Shown here: positions 22,501-36,235 of the stretch, one piece after another
Numbering within the stretch: position 1 is the first letter of the stretch
How the letters are laid out: each line of letters begins with the position of its first letter
NCBI GenBank assembly: GCA_053919585.1
Contig: CM132816.1
DNA length: 64,000 nucleotides
Origin: Euprymna scolopes
Lineage: Eukaryota
Strand: one strand, 5' to 3'
Made by a program: the position numbers and the translations under genes
The notes under the pieces: generated by a model
The model's input: the letters and a program-made list of their open reading frames with translations, nothing else
Databases searched by the model: none
Told to the model about the DNA's origin: nothing

Positions 22501-25500
22501 ATATTAATTCTATGTGACGTCAACATGCGGCCAAAACAAGTCTGTACTGCTGGACTAACTTGGACTGTTCTCTGTGACTGCTTAAACTATTTCCCTGACT
22601 GAACTGAATTCAAGTGTATATATTAATTATATGTGACGTCAACATGCGGCCCAAATATGCGCGTCCTGCTGGACTAACGTGGACTGTTCTCTGTGACTGC
22701 TTAAAACTATTTCCCTGACTGAACTGAATTCAAGTGTATATATTAATTCTATGTGACGTCAACATGCGGCCCAAATAAGTTTGTACTGCTGGACTAACTT
22801 GGACTGTTCTCTGTGACTGCTTCAAACTATTTCCCTGACTGAACTGAATTCAAGTGTATATATTAATTCTATGTGACGTCAACATGCGGCCCAAATAAGT
22901 CTGTACTGCTGGACTAACTTGGACTGTTCTCTGTGACTGCTTAAAACTATTTCCCTGACTGAACTGAATTCAAGTGTATATATTAATTATATGTGACGTC
23001 AACATGCGGCCCAAATATGCGCGTCCTGCTGGACTAACGTGGACTGTTCTCTGTGACTGCTTAAAACTATTTCCCTGACTGAACTGAATTCAAGTGTATA
23101 TATTAATTCTATGTGACGTCAACATGCGGCCCAAATAAGTCTGTACTGCTGGACTAACTTGGACTGTTCTCTGTGACTGCTTAAAACTATTTCCCTGACT
23201 GAACTGAATTCAAGTGTATATATTAATTATATGTGACGTCAACATGCGGCCCAAATATGCGCGTCCTACTGGACTAACGTGGACTGTTCTCTGTGACTGC
23301 TTAAAACTATTTCCCTGACTGAACTGAATTCAAGTGTATATATTAATTCTATGTGACGTCAACATGCGGCCCAAATATGCGCGTCCTGCTGGACTAACGT
23401 GGACTGTTCTCTGTGACTGCTTAAAACTATTTCCCTGACTGAACTGAATTCAAGTGTATATATTAATTATATGTGACGTCAACATGCGGCCCAAATATGC
23501 GCGTCCTGCTTGACTAACGTGGACTGTTCTCTGTGACTGCTTCAAACTATTTCCCTGACTGAACTGAATTCAAGTGTATATATTAATTCTATGTGACGTC
23601 AACATGCGGCCCAAATAAGTCTGTACTGCTGGACTAACTTGGACTGTTCTCTGTGACTGCTTCAAACTATTTCCCTGACTGAACTGAATTCAAGTGTATA
23701 TATTAATTCTATGTGACGTCAACATGCGGCCCAAATATGCGCGTCCTGCTGGACTAACTTGGACTGTTCTCTGTGACTGCTTCAAACTATTTCCCTGACT
23801 GAACTGAATTCAAGTGTATATATTAATTATATGTGACGTCAACATGCGGCCCAAATATGCGCGTCCTGCTGGACTAACGTGGACTGTTCTCTGTGACTGC
23901 TTCAAACTATTTCCCTGACTGAACTGAATTCAAGTGTATATATTAATTCTATGTGACGTCAACATGCGGCCCAAATAAGTCTGTACTGCTGGACTAACTT
24001 GGACTGTTCTCTGTGACTGCTTAAAACTATTTCCCTGACTGAACTGAATTCAAGTGTATATATTAATTCTATGTGACGTCAACATGCGGCCCAAATAAGT
24101 CTGTACTGCTGGACTAACTTGGACTGTTCTCTGTGACTGCTTCAAACTATTTCCCTGACTGAACTGAATTCAAGTGTATATATTAATTCTATGTGACGTC
24201 AACATGCGGCCCAAATATGCGCGTCCTGCTGGACTAACTTGGACTGTTCTCTGTGACTGCTTAAAACTATTTCCCTGACTGAACTGAATGCAAGTGTATA
24301 TATTAATTCTATGTGACGTCAACATGCGGCCCAAATATGCGCGTCCTGCTGGACTAACGTGGATTGTTCTCTGTGACTGCTTCAAACTATTTCCCTGACT
24401 GAACTGAATTCAAGTGTATATATTAATTCTATGTGACGTCAACATGCGGCCCAAATATGCGCGTCCTGCTGGACTAACGTGGACTGTTCTCTGTGACTGC
24501 TTCAAACTATTTCCCTGACTGAACTGAATTCAAGTGTATATATTAATTCTACGTGACGTCAACATGCGGCCCAAATATGCGCGTCCTGCTTGACTAACGT
24601 GGACTGTTCTCTGTGACTGCTTAAAACTATTTCCCTGACTGAACTGAATTCAAGTGTATATATTAATTCTATGTGACGTCAACATGCGCCCCAAATATGC
24701 GCGTCCTGCTGGACTAACTTGGACTGTTCTCTGTGACTGCTTAAAACTATTTCCCTGACTGAACTGAATTCAAGTGTATATATTAATTCTATGTGACGTC
24801 AACATGCGGCCCAAATATGCGCGTCCTGCTGGACTAACGTGGACTGTTCTCTGTGACTGCTTAAAACTATTTCCCTGACTGAACTGAATTCAAGTGTATA
24901 TATTAATTATATGTGACGTCAACATGCGGCCCAAATATGCGCGTCCTGCTTGACTAACGTGGACTTTTCTCTGTGACTGCTTAAAACTATTTCCCTGACT
25001 GAACTGAATTCAAGTGTATATATTAATTCTATGTGACGTCAACATGCGGCCCAAATAAGTCTGTACTGCTGGACTAACTTGGACTGTTCTCTGTGACTGC
25101 TTCAAACTATTTCCCTGACTGAACTGAATTCAAGTGTATATATTAATTTTATGTGACGTCAACATGCGGCCCAAATAAGTCTGTACTGCTGGACTAACTT
25201 GGACTGTTCTCTGTGACTGCTTCAAACTATTTCCCTGACTGAACTGAATTCAAGTGTATATATTAATTCTATGTGACGTCAACATGCGGCCCAAATATGC
25301 GCGTCCTGCTGGACTAACTTGGACTGTTCTCTGTGACTGCTTAAAACTATTTCCCTGACTGAACTGAATTCAAGTGTATATATTAATTCTATGTGACGTC
25401 AACATGCGGCCCAAATATGCGCGTCCTGCTGGACTAACGTGGACTGTTCTCTGTGACTGCTTCAAACTATTTCCCTGACTGAACTGAATTCAAGTGTATA

Positions 25501-28500
25501 TATTAATTATATGTGACGTCAACATGCGGCCCAAATATGCGCGTCCTGCTTGACTAACGTGGACTGTTCTCTGTGACTGCTTAAAACTATTTCCCTGACT
25601 GAACTGAATTCAAGTGTATATATTAATTCTATGTGACGTCAACATGCGGCCCAAATAAGTCTGTACTGCTGGACTAACTTGGACTGTTCTCTGTGACTGC
25701 TTAAAACTATTTCCCTGACTGAACTGAATTCAAGTGTATATATTAATTCTATGTGACGTCAACATGCGGCCCAAATATGCGCGTCCTGCTGGACTAACTT
25801 GGACTGTTCTCTGTGACTGCTTCAAACTATTTCCCTGACTGAACTGAATTCAAGTGTATATATTAATTATATGTGACGTCAACATGCGGCCCAAATATGC
25901 GCGTCCTGCTGGACTAACGTGGACTGTTCTCTGTGAATGCTTCAAACTATTTCCCTGACTGAACTGAATTCAAGTGTATATATTAATTCTATGTGACGTC
26001 AACATGCGGCCCAAATATGCGCGTCCTGCTGGACTAACTTGGACTGTTCTCTGTGACTGCTTAAAACTATTTCCCTGACTGAACTGAATTCAAGTGTATA
26101 TATTAATTATATGTGACGTCAACATGCGGCCCAAATATGCGCGTCCTGCTAGACTAACTTGGACTGTTCTCTGTGACTGCTTCAAACTATTTCCCTGACT
26201 GAACTGAATTCAAGTGTATATATTAATTCTATGTGACGTCAACATGCGGCCCAAATATGCGCGTCCTGCTGGACTAACTTGGACTGTTCTCTGTGACTGC
26301 TTAAAACTATTTCCCTGACTGAACTGAATTCAAGTGTATATATTAATTCTATGTGACGTCAACATGCGGCCCAAATATGCGCGTCCTGCTGGACTAACTT
26401 GGACTGTTCTCTGTGACTGCTTAAAACTATTTCCCTGACTGAACTGAATTCAAGTGTATATATTAATTATATGTGACGTCAACATGCGGCCCAAATAAGT
26501 CTGTACTGCTGGACTAACTTGGACTGTTCTCTGTGACTGCTTCAAACTATTTCCCTGACTGAACTGAATTCAAGTGTATATATTAATTCTATGTGACGTC
26601 AACATGCGGCCCAAATATGCGCGTCCTGCTGGACTAACTTGGACTGTTCTCTGTGACTGCTTCAAACTATTTCCCTGACTGAACTGAATTCAAGTGTATA
26701 TATTAATTATATGTGACGTCAACATGCGGCCCAAAAAAGTCTGTACTGCTGGACTAACTTGAACTGTTCTCTGTGACTGCTTAAAACTATTTCCCTGACT
26801 GAACTGAATTCAAGTGTATATATTAATTCTATGTGACGTCAACATGCGGCCCAAATATGCGCGTCCTGCTGGACTAACTTGGTATGTTCTCTGTGACTGC
26901 TTAAAACTATTTCCCTGACTGAACTGAATTCAAGTGTATATATTAATTCTATGTGACGTCAACATGCGGCCCAAATATGCGCGTCCTGCTGGACTAACTT
27001 GGACTGTTCTCTGTGACTGCTTAAAACTATTTCCCTGACTGAACTGAATTCAAGTGTATATATTAATTATATGTGACGTCAACATGCGGCCCAAATATGC
27101 GCGTCCTGCTGGACTAACGTGGACTGTTCTCTGTGACTGCTTAAAACTATTTCCCTGACTGAACTGAATTCAAGTGTATATATTAATTCTATGTGACGTC
27201 AACATGCGGCCCAAATAAGTCTGTACTGCTGGACTAACTTGGACTGTTCTCTGTGACTGCTTAAAACTATTTCCCTGACTGAACTGAATTCAAGTGTATA
27301 TATTAATTCTATGTGACGTCAACATGCGGCCCAAATATGCGCGTCCTGCTGGACTAACGTGGACTGTTCTCTGTGACTGCTTAAAACTATTTCCCTGACT
27401 GAACTGAATTCAAGTGTATATATTAATTATATGTGACGTCAACATGCGGCCCAAATATGCGCGTCCTGCTTGACTAACGTGGACTTTTCTCTGTGACTGC
27501 TTAAAACTATTTCCCTGACTGAACTGAATTCAAGTGTATATATTAATTCTATGTGACGTCAACATGCGGCCCAAATAAGTCTGTACTGCTGGACTAACTT
27601 GGACTGTTCTCTGTGACTGCTTCAAACTATTTCCCTGACTGAACTGAATTCAAGTGTATATATTAATTCTATGTGACGTCAACATGCGGCCCAAATAAGT
27701 CTGTACTGCTGGACTAACTTGGACTGTTCTCTGTGACTGCTTCAAACTATTTCCCTGACTGAACTGAATTCAAGTGTATATATTAATTCTATGTGACGTC
27801 AACATGCGGCCCAAATATGCGCGTCCTGCTGGACTAACTTGGACTGTTCTCTGTGACTGCTTAAAACTATTTCCCTGACTGAACTGAATTCAAGTGTATA
27901 TATTAATTCTATGTGACGTCAACATGCGGCCCAAATATGCGCGTCCTGCTGGACTAACGTGGACTGTTCTCTGTGACTGCTTCAAACTATTTCCCTGACT
28001 GAACTGAATTCAAGTGTATATATTAATTATATGTGACGTCAACATGCGGCCCAAATATGCGCGTCCTGCTTGACTAACGTGGACTGTTCTCTGTGACTGC
28101 TTAAAACTATTTCCCTGACTGAACTGAATTCAAGTGTATATATTAATTCTATGTGACGTCAACATGCGGCCCAAATAAGTCTGTACTGCTGGACTAACTT
28201 GGACTGTTCTCTGTGACTGCTTAAAACTATTTCCCTGACTGAACTGAATTCAAGTGTATATATTAATTCTATGTGACGTCAACATGCGGCCCAAATAAGT
28301 CTGTACTGCTGGACTAACTTGGACTGTTCTCTGTGACTGCTTCAAACTATTTCCCTGACTGAACTGAATTCAAGTGTATATATTAATTCTATGTGACGTC
28401 AACATGCGGCCCAAATATGCGCGTCCTGCTGGACTAACTTGGACTGTTCTCTGTGACTGCTTAAAACTATTTCCCTGACTGAACTGAATTCAAGTGTATA

Positions 28501-30420
28501 TATTAATTCTATGTGACGTCAACATGCGGCCCAAATATGCGCGTCCTGCTAGACTAACGTGGACTGTTCTCTGTGAATGCTTAAAACTATTTCCCTGACT
28601 GAACTGAATTCAAGTGTATATATTAATTCTATGTGACGTCAACATGCGGCCCAAATATGCGCGTCCTGCTGGACTAACTTGGACTGTTCTCTGTGACTGC
28701 TTAAAACTATTTCCCTGACTGAACTGAATTCAAGTGTATATATTAATTATATGTGACGTCAACATGCGGCCCAAATATGCGCGTCCTGCTGGACTAACTT
28801 GGACTGTTCTCTGTGACTGCTTCAAACTATTTCCCTGACTGAACTGAATTCAAGTGTATATATTAATTCTATGTGACGTCAACATGCGGCCCAAATATGC
28901 GCGTCCTGCTGGACTAACTTGGACTGTTCTCTGTGACTGCTTAAAACTATTTCCCTGACTGAACTGAATTCAAGTGTATATATTAATTCTATGTGACGTC
29001 AACATGCGGCCCAAATATGCGCGTCCTGCTGGACTAACTTGGACTGTTCTCTGTGACTGCTTAAAACTATTTCCCTGACTGAACTGAATTCAAGTGTATA
29101 TATTAATTATATGTGACGTCAACATGCGGCCCAAATAAGTCTGTACTGCTGGACTAACTTGGACTGTTCTCTGTGACTGCTTCAAACTATTTCCCTGACT
29201 GAACTGAATTCAAGTGTATATATTAATTCTATGTGACGTCAACATGCGGCCCAAATATGCGCGTCCTGCTGGACTAACTTGGACTGTTCTCTGTGACTGC
29301 TTCAAACTATTTCCCTGACTGAACTGAATTCAAGTGTATATATTAATTATATGTGACGTCAACATGCGGCCCAAAAAAGTCTGTACTGCTGGACTAACTT
29401 GAACTGTTCTCTGTGACTGCTTAAAACTATTTCCCTGACTGAACTGAATTCAAGTGTATATATTAATTCTATGTGACGTCAACATGCGGCCCAAATATGC
29501 GCGTCCTGCTGGACTAACTTGGACTGTTCTCTGTGACTGCTTAAAACTATTTCCCTGACTGAACTGAATTCAAGTGTATATATTAATTCTATGTGACGTC
29601 AACATGCGGCCCAAATATGCGCGTCCTGCTGGACTAACTTGGACTGTTCTCTGTGACTGCTTAAAACTATTTCCCTGACTGAACTGAATTCAAGTGTATA
29701 TATTAATTATATGTGACGTCAACATGCGGCCCAAATATGCGCGTCCTGCTGGACTAACGTGGACTGTTCTCTGTGACTGCTTAAAACTATTTCCCTGACT
29801 GAACTGAATTCAAGTGTATATATTAATTCTATGTGACGTTAACATGCGGCCCAAATAAGTCTGTACTGCTGGACTAACTTGGACTGTTCTCTGTGACTGC
29901 TTAAAACTATTTCCCTGACTGAACTGAATTCAAGTGTATATATTAATTCTATGTGACGTCAACATGCGGCCCAAATATGCGCGTCCTGCTGGACTAACTT
30001 GGACTGTTCTCTGTGACTGCTTAAACTATTTCCCTGACTGAACTGAATTCAAGTGTATATATTAATTCTATGTGACGTAAACATGCGGCCCAAATAAGTC
30101 TGTACTGCTGGACTAACTTGGACTGTTCTCTGTGACTGCTTCAAACTATTTCCCTGACTGAACTGAATTCAAGTGTATATATTAATTCTATGTGACGTCA
30201 ACATGCGGCCAAAATATGCGCGTCCTGCTGGACTAACTTGGACTGTTCTCTGTGACTGCTTCAAACTATTTCCCTGACTGAACTGAATTCAAGTGTATAT
30301 ATTAATTCTATGTGACGTCAACATGCGGCCCAAATATGCGCGTCCTGCTGGACTAACGTGGACTGTTCTCTGTGACTGCTTAAAACTATTTCCCTGACTG
30401 AACTGAATTCAAGTGTATAT
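10549..30420. repeat. Satellite variant domain A
   Basis: ctGgact allele with alternating aaatatgcgcgtcc / aaataagtctgtac, cGtgg/cTtgg, ttAaaac/ttCaaac and attAta/attCta. Confidence 0.85.
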
Positions 30421-33400
30421 ATTAATTCTATGTGACGTCAACATGCGGCCCAAATAAGCGCGTCCTGCTAGACTAACTTGGACTGTTCTCTGTGACTGCT
30501 TCAAACTATTTCCTTGACTGAACTGAATTCAAGTGTATATATTAATTCTATGTGACGTCAACATGCGGCCCAAATAAGCGCGTCCTGCTAGACTAACTTG
30601 GACTGTTCTCTGTGACTGCTTCAAACTATTTCCCTGACTGAACTGAATTCAAGTGTATATATTAATTCTATGTGACGTCAACATGCGGCCCAAACAAGTC
30701 TGTACTGCTGGACTAACTTGGACTGTTCTCTGTGACTGCTTCAAACTATTTCCCTGACTGAACTGAATTCAAGTGTATATATTAATTCTATGTGACGTCA
30801 ACATGCGGCCCAAATAAGCGCGTCCTGCTGGACTAACTTGGACTGTTCTCTGTGACTGCTTAAAACTATTTCCCTGACTGAACTGAATTCAAGTCTATAT
30901 ATTAATTCTATGTGACGTCAACATGCGGCCCAAATAAGCGCGTCCTGCTAGACTAACTTGGACTGTTCTCTGTGACTGCTTCAAACTATTTCCCTGACTG
31001 AACTGAATTCAAGTGTATATATTAATTCTATGTGACGTCAACATGCGGCCCAAATATGCGCGTCCTGCTAGACTAACTTGGACTGTTCTCTGTGACTGCT
31101 TAAAACTATTTCCCTGACTGAACTGAATTCAAGTCTATATATTAATTCTATGTGACGTCAACATGCGGCCCAAATAAGCGCGTCCTGCTAGACTAACTTG
31201 GACTGTTCTCTGTGGGTGCTTCAAACTATTTCCTTGACTGAACTGAATTCAAGTCTATATATTAATTCTATGTGACGTCAACATGCGGCCCAAATAAGCG
31301 CGACCTGCTAGACTAACTTGGACTGTTCTCTGTGAGTGCTTCAAACTATTTCCTTGACTGAACTGAATTCAAGTGTATATATTAATTCTATGTGACGTCA
31401 ACATGCGGCCCAAATAAGCGCGTCCTGCTAGACTAACTTGGACTGTTCTCTGTGACTGCTTAAAACTATTTCCCTGACTGAACTGAATTCAAGTGTATAT
31501 ATTAATTCTATGTGACGTCAACATGCGGCCCAAATATGCGCGTCCTGCTAGACTAACTTGGACTGTTCTCTGTGACTGCTTAAAACTAGTTCCCTGACTG
31601 AACTGAATTCAAGTGTATATATTAATTCTATGTGACGTCAACATGCGGCCCAAATAAGCGCGTCCTGCTAGACTAACTTGGACTGTTCTCTGTGGGTGCT
31701 TCAAACTATTTCCTTGACTGAACTGAATTCAAGTCTATATATTAATTCTATGTGACGTCAACATGCGGCCCAAATAAGCGCGTCCTGCTAGACTAACTTG
31801 GACTGTTCTCTGTGAGTGCTTCAAACTATTTCCTTGACTGAACTGAATTCAAGTGTATATATTAATTCTATGTGACGTCAACATGCGGCCCAAATAAGCG
31901 CGTCCTGCTAGACTAACTTGGACTGTTCTCTGTGACTGCTTCAAACTATTTCCCTGACTGAACTGAATTCAAGTGTATATATTAATTCTATGTGACGTCA
32001 ACATGCGGCCCAAATAAGCGCGTCCTGCTAGACTAACTTGGACTGTTCTCTGTGACTGCTTCAAACTATTTCCCTGACTGAACTGAATTCAAGTGTATAT
32101 ATTAATTCTATGTGACGTCAACATGCGGCCCAAATAAGCGCGTCCTGCTAGACTAACTTGGACTGTTCTCTGTGACTGCTTCAAACTATTTCCTTGACTG
32201 AACTGAATGCAATGTATATATTAAATCTCTGTGACGTCAACATGCGGCCCAAATAAGCGCGTCCTGCTAGACTAACTTGGACTGTTCTCTGTGACTTCTT
32301 CAAACTATCTCCCAGACTTAACTGAATTCAAGTGTATATATTAATGCTATGTGACGTCAACATGCGGCCCAAATAAGCGCGTCCTGCTGGACTGACTTGG
32401 ACTGTTCTCTGTGACTGCTTCAAACTATTTCCCTGACTGAACTGAATTCAAGTGTATATATTAATTCTATGTGACGTCAGCATGCGGCCCAAATAAGCGC
32501 GTCCTGCTAGACTAACTTGGACTGTTCTCTGTGACTGCTTCAAACTATTTCCCTGACTGAACTGAATTCAAGTGTATATATTAATTCTATGTGACGTCAA
32601 CATGCGGCCCAAATAAGCGCGTCCTGCTAGACTAACTTGGACTGTTCTCTGTGAGTGCTTCAAACTATTTCCTTGACTGAACTGAATTCAAGTGTATATA
32701 TTAATTCTATGTGACGTCAACATGCGGCCCAAATAAGCGCGTCCTGCTAGACTAACTTGGACTGTTCTCTGTGACTGCTTCAAACTATTTCCTTGACTGA
32801 ACTGAATTCAAGTGTATATATTAATTCTATGTGACGTCAACATGCGGCCCAAATAAGCGCGTCCTGCTAGACTAACTTGGACTGTTCTCTGTGAGTGCTT
32901 CAAACTATTTCCTTGACTGAACTGAATTCAAGTGTATATATTAATTCTATGTGACGTCAGCATGCGGCCCAAATAAGCGCGTCCTGCTAGACTAACTTGG
33001 ACTGTTCTCTGTGACTGCTTCAAACTATTTCCCTGACTGAACTGAATTCAAGTGTATATATTAATTCTATGTGACGTCAGCATGCGGCCCAAATAAGCGC
33101 GTCCTGCTAGACTAACTTGGACTGTTCTCTGTGACTGCTTCAAACTATTTCCCTGACTGAACTGAATTCAAGTGTATATATTAATTCTATGTGACGTCAG
33201 CATGCGGCCCAAATAAGCGCGTCCTGCTAGACTAACTTTGACTGTTCTCTTTGGGTGCTTCAAACTATTTCCTTGACTGAACTGAATTCAAGTGTATATA
33301 TTAATTCTATGTGACGTCAACATGCGGCCCAAATAAGTCCGTCCTGCTAGACTAACTTGGACTGTTCTCTGTGACTGCTTCAAACTATTTCCCTGACTGA

Positions 33401-36235
33401 ACTGAATTCAAGTGTATATATTAATTCTATGTGACGTCAACATGCGGCCCAAATAAGCGCGTCCTGCTAGACTAACTTGGACTGTTCTCTGTGGGTGCTT
33501 CAAACTATTTCCTTGACTGAACTGAATTCAAGTGTATATATTAATTCTATGTGACGTCAGCATGCGGCCCAAATAAGCGCGTCCTGCTAGACTAACTTGG
33601 ACTGTTCTCTGTGGGTGCTTCAAACTATCTCCCAGACTTAACTGAATTCAAGTGTATATATTAATGCTATGTGACGTCAACATGCGGCCCAAATAAGCGC
33701 GTCCTGCTGGACTGACTTGGACTGTTCTCTGTGACTGCTTCAAACTATTTCCCTGACTGAACTGAATTCAAGTGTATATATTAATTCTATGTGACGTCAG
33801 CATGCGGCCCAAATAAGCGCGTCCTGCTAGACTAACTTGGACTGTTCTCTGTGACTGCTTCAAACTATTTCCCTGACTGAACTGAATTCAAGTGTATATA
33901 TTAATTCTATGTGACGTCAACATGCGGCCCAAATAAGCGCGTCCTGCTAGACTAACTTGGACTGTTCTCTGTGAGTGCTTCAAACTATTTCCTTGACTGA
34001 ACTGAATTCAAGTGTATATATTAATTCTATGTGACGTCAACATGCGGCCCAAATAAGCGCGTCCTGCTAGACTAACTTGGACTGTTCTCTGTGACTGCTT
34101 CAAACTATTTCCTTGACTGAACTGAATTCAAGTGTATATATTAATTCTATGTGACGTCAACATGCGGCCCAAATAAGCGCGTCCTGCTAGACTAACTTGG
34201 ACTGTTCTCTGTGAGTGCTTCAAACTATTTCCTTGACTGAACTGAATTCAAGTGTATATATTAATTCTATGTGACGTCAGCATGCGGCCCAAATAAGCGC
34301 GTCCTGCTAGACTAACTTGGACTGTTCTCTGTGACTGCTTCAAACTATTTCCCTGACTGAACTGAATTCAAGTGTATATATTAATTCTATGTGACGTCAG
34401 CATGCGGCCCAAATAAGCGCGTCCTGCTAGACTAACTTGGACTGTTCTCTGTGACTGCTTCAAACTATTTCCCTGACTGAACTGAATTCAAGTGTATATA
34501 TTAATTCTATGTGACGTCAGCATGCGGCCCAAATAAGCGCGTCCTGCTAGACTAACTTTGACTGTTCTCTTTGGGTGCTTCAAACTATTTCCTTGACTGA
34601 ACTGAATTCAAGTGTATATATTAATTCTATGTGACGTCAACATGCGGCCCAAATAAGTCCGTCCTGCTAGACTAACTTGGACTGTTCTCTGTGACTGCTT
34701 CAAACTATTTCCCTGACTGAACTGAATTCAAGTGTATATATTAATTCTATGTGACGTCAACATGCGGCCCAAATAAGCGCGTCCTGCTAGACTAACTTGG
34801 ACTGTTCTCTGTGGGTGCTTCAAACTATTTCCTTGACTGAACTGAATTCAAGTGTATATATTAATTCTATGTGACGTCAGCATGCGGCCCAAATAAGCGC
34901 GTCCTGCTAGACTAACTTGGACTGTTCTCTGTGGGTGCTTCAAACTATTTCCCTGACTGAACTGAATTCAAGTGTATATATTAATTCTATGTGACGTCAA
35001 CATGCGGTCCAAATAAGCGCGTCCTGCTAGACTAACTTGGACTGTTCTCTGTGACTGCTTCAAACTATTTCCCTGACTGAACTGAATTCAAGTGTATATA
35101 TTAATTCTATGTGACGTCAGCATGCGGCCCAAATAAGCGCGTCCTGCTGGACTAACTTGGACTGTTCTCTGTGAGTGCTTCAAACTATTTCCCTGACTGA
35201 ACTGAATTCAAGTGTATATATTAATTCTATGTGACGTCAGCATGCGGCCCAAATAAGCGCGTCCTGCTAGACTAACTTGGACTGTTCTCTGTGACTGCTT
35301 CAAACTATTTCCCTGACTGAACTGAATTCAAGTGTATATATTAATTCTATGTGACGTCAGCATGCGGCCCAAATAAGCGCGTCCTGCTAGACTAACTTGG
35401 ACTGTTCTCTGTGGGTGCTTCAAACTATTTCCTTGACTGAACTGAATTCAAGTGTATATATTAATTCTATGTGACGTCAACATGCAGCCCAAATAAGCAC
35501 GTCCTGCTAGACTAACTTGGACTGTTCTCTGTGACTGCTTCAAACTATTTCCCTGACTGAACTGAATTCAAGTGTATATATTAATTCTATGTGACGTCAA
35601 CATGCGGCCCAAATAAGCGCGTCCTGCTAGACTAACTTGGACTGTTCTCTGTGGGTGCTTCAAACTATTTCCTTGACTGAACTGAATTCAAGTGTATATA
35701 TTAATTCTATGTGACGTCAGCATGCGGCCCAAATAAGCGCGTCCTGCTAGACTAACTTGGACAGTTCTCTGTGGGTGCTTCAAACTATTTCCCTGACTGA
35801 ACTGAATTCAAGTGTATATATTAATTCTATGTGACGTCAACATGCGGCCCAAATATGCGCGTCCTGCTAGACTAACTTGGACTGTTCTCTGTGACTGCTT
35901 AAAACTATTTCCCTGACTGAACTGAATTCAAGTGTATATATTAATTCTATGTGACGTCAACATGCGGCCCAAATAAGAGCGTCCTGCTAAACTAACTTGG
36001 ACTGTTCTCTGTGGGTGCTTCAAACTATTTCCTTGACTGAACTGAATTCAAGTCTATATATTAATTCTATGTGACGTCAACATGCGGCCCAAATAAGCGC
36101 GTCCTGCTAGACTAACTTGGACTGTTCTCTGTGAGTGCTTCAAACTATTTCCTTGACTGAACTGAATTCAAGTGTATATATTAATTCTATGTGACGTCAA
36201 CATGCGGCCCAAATAAGCGCGTCCTGCTAGACTAA
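30421..36235. repeat. Satellite variant domain B (first block)
   Basis: ctAgact and aaataagcgc predominate, with ccTtgac, gtgaGtg/gtgGGtg and gtcaG variants. Confidence 0.85.
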
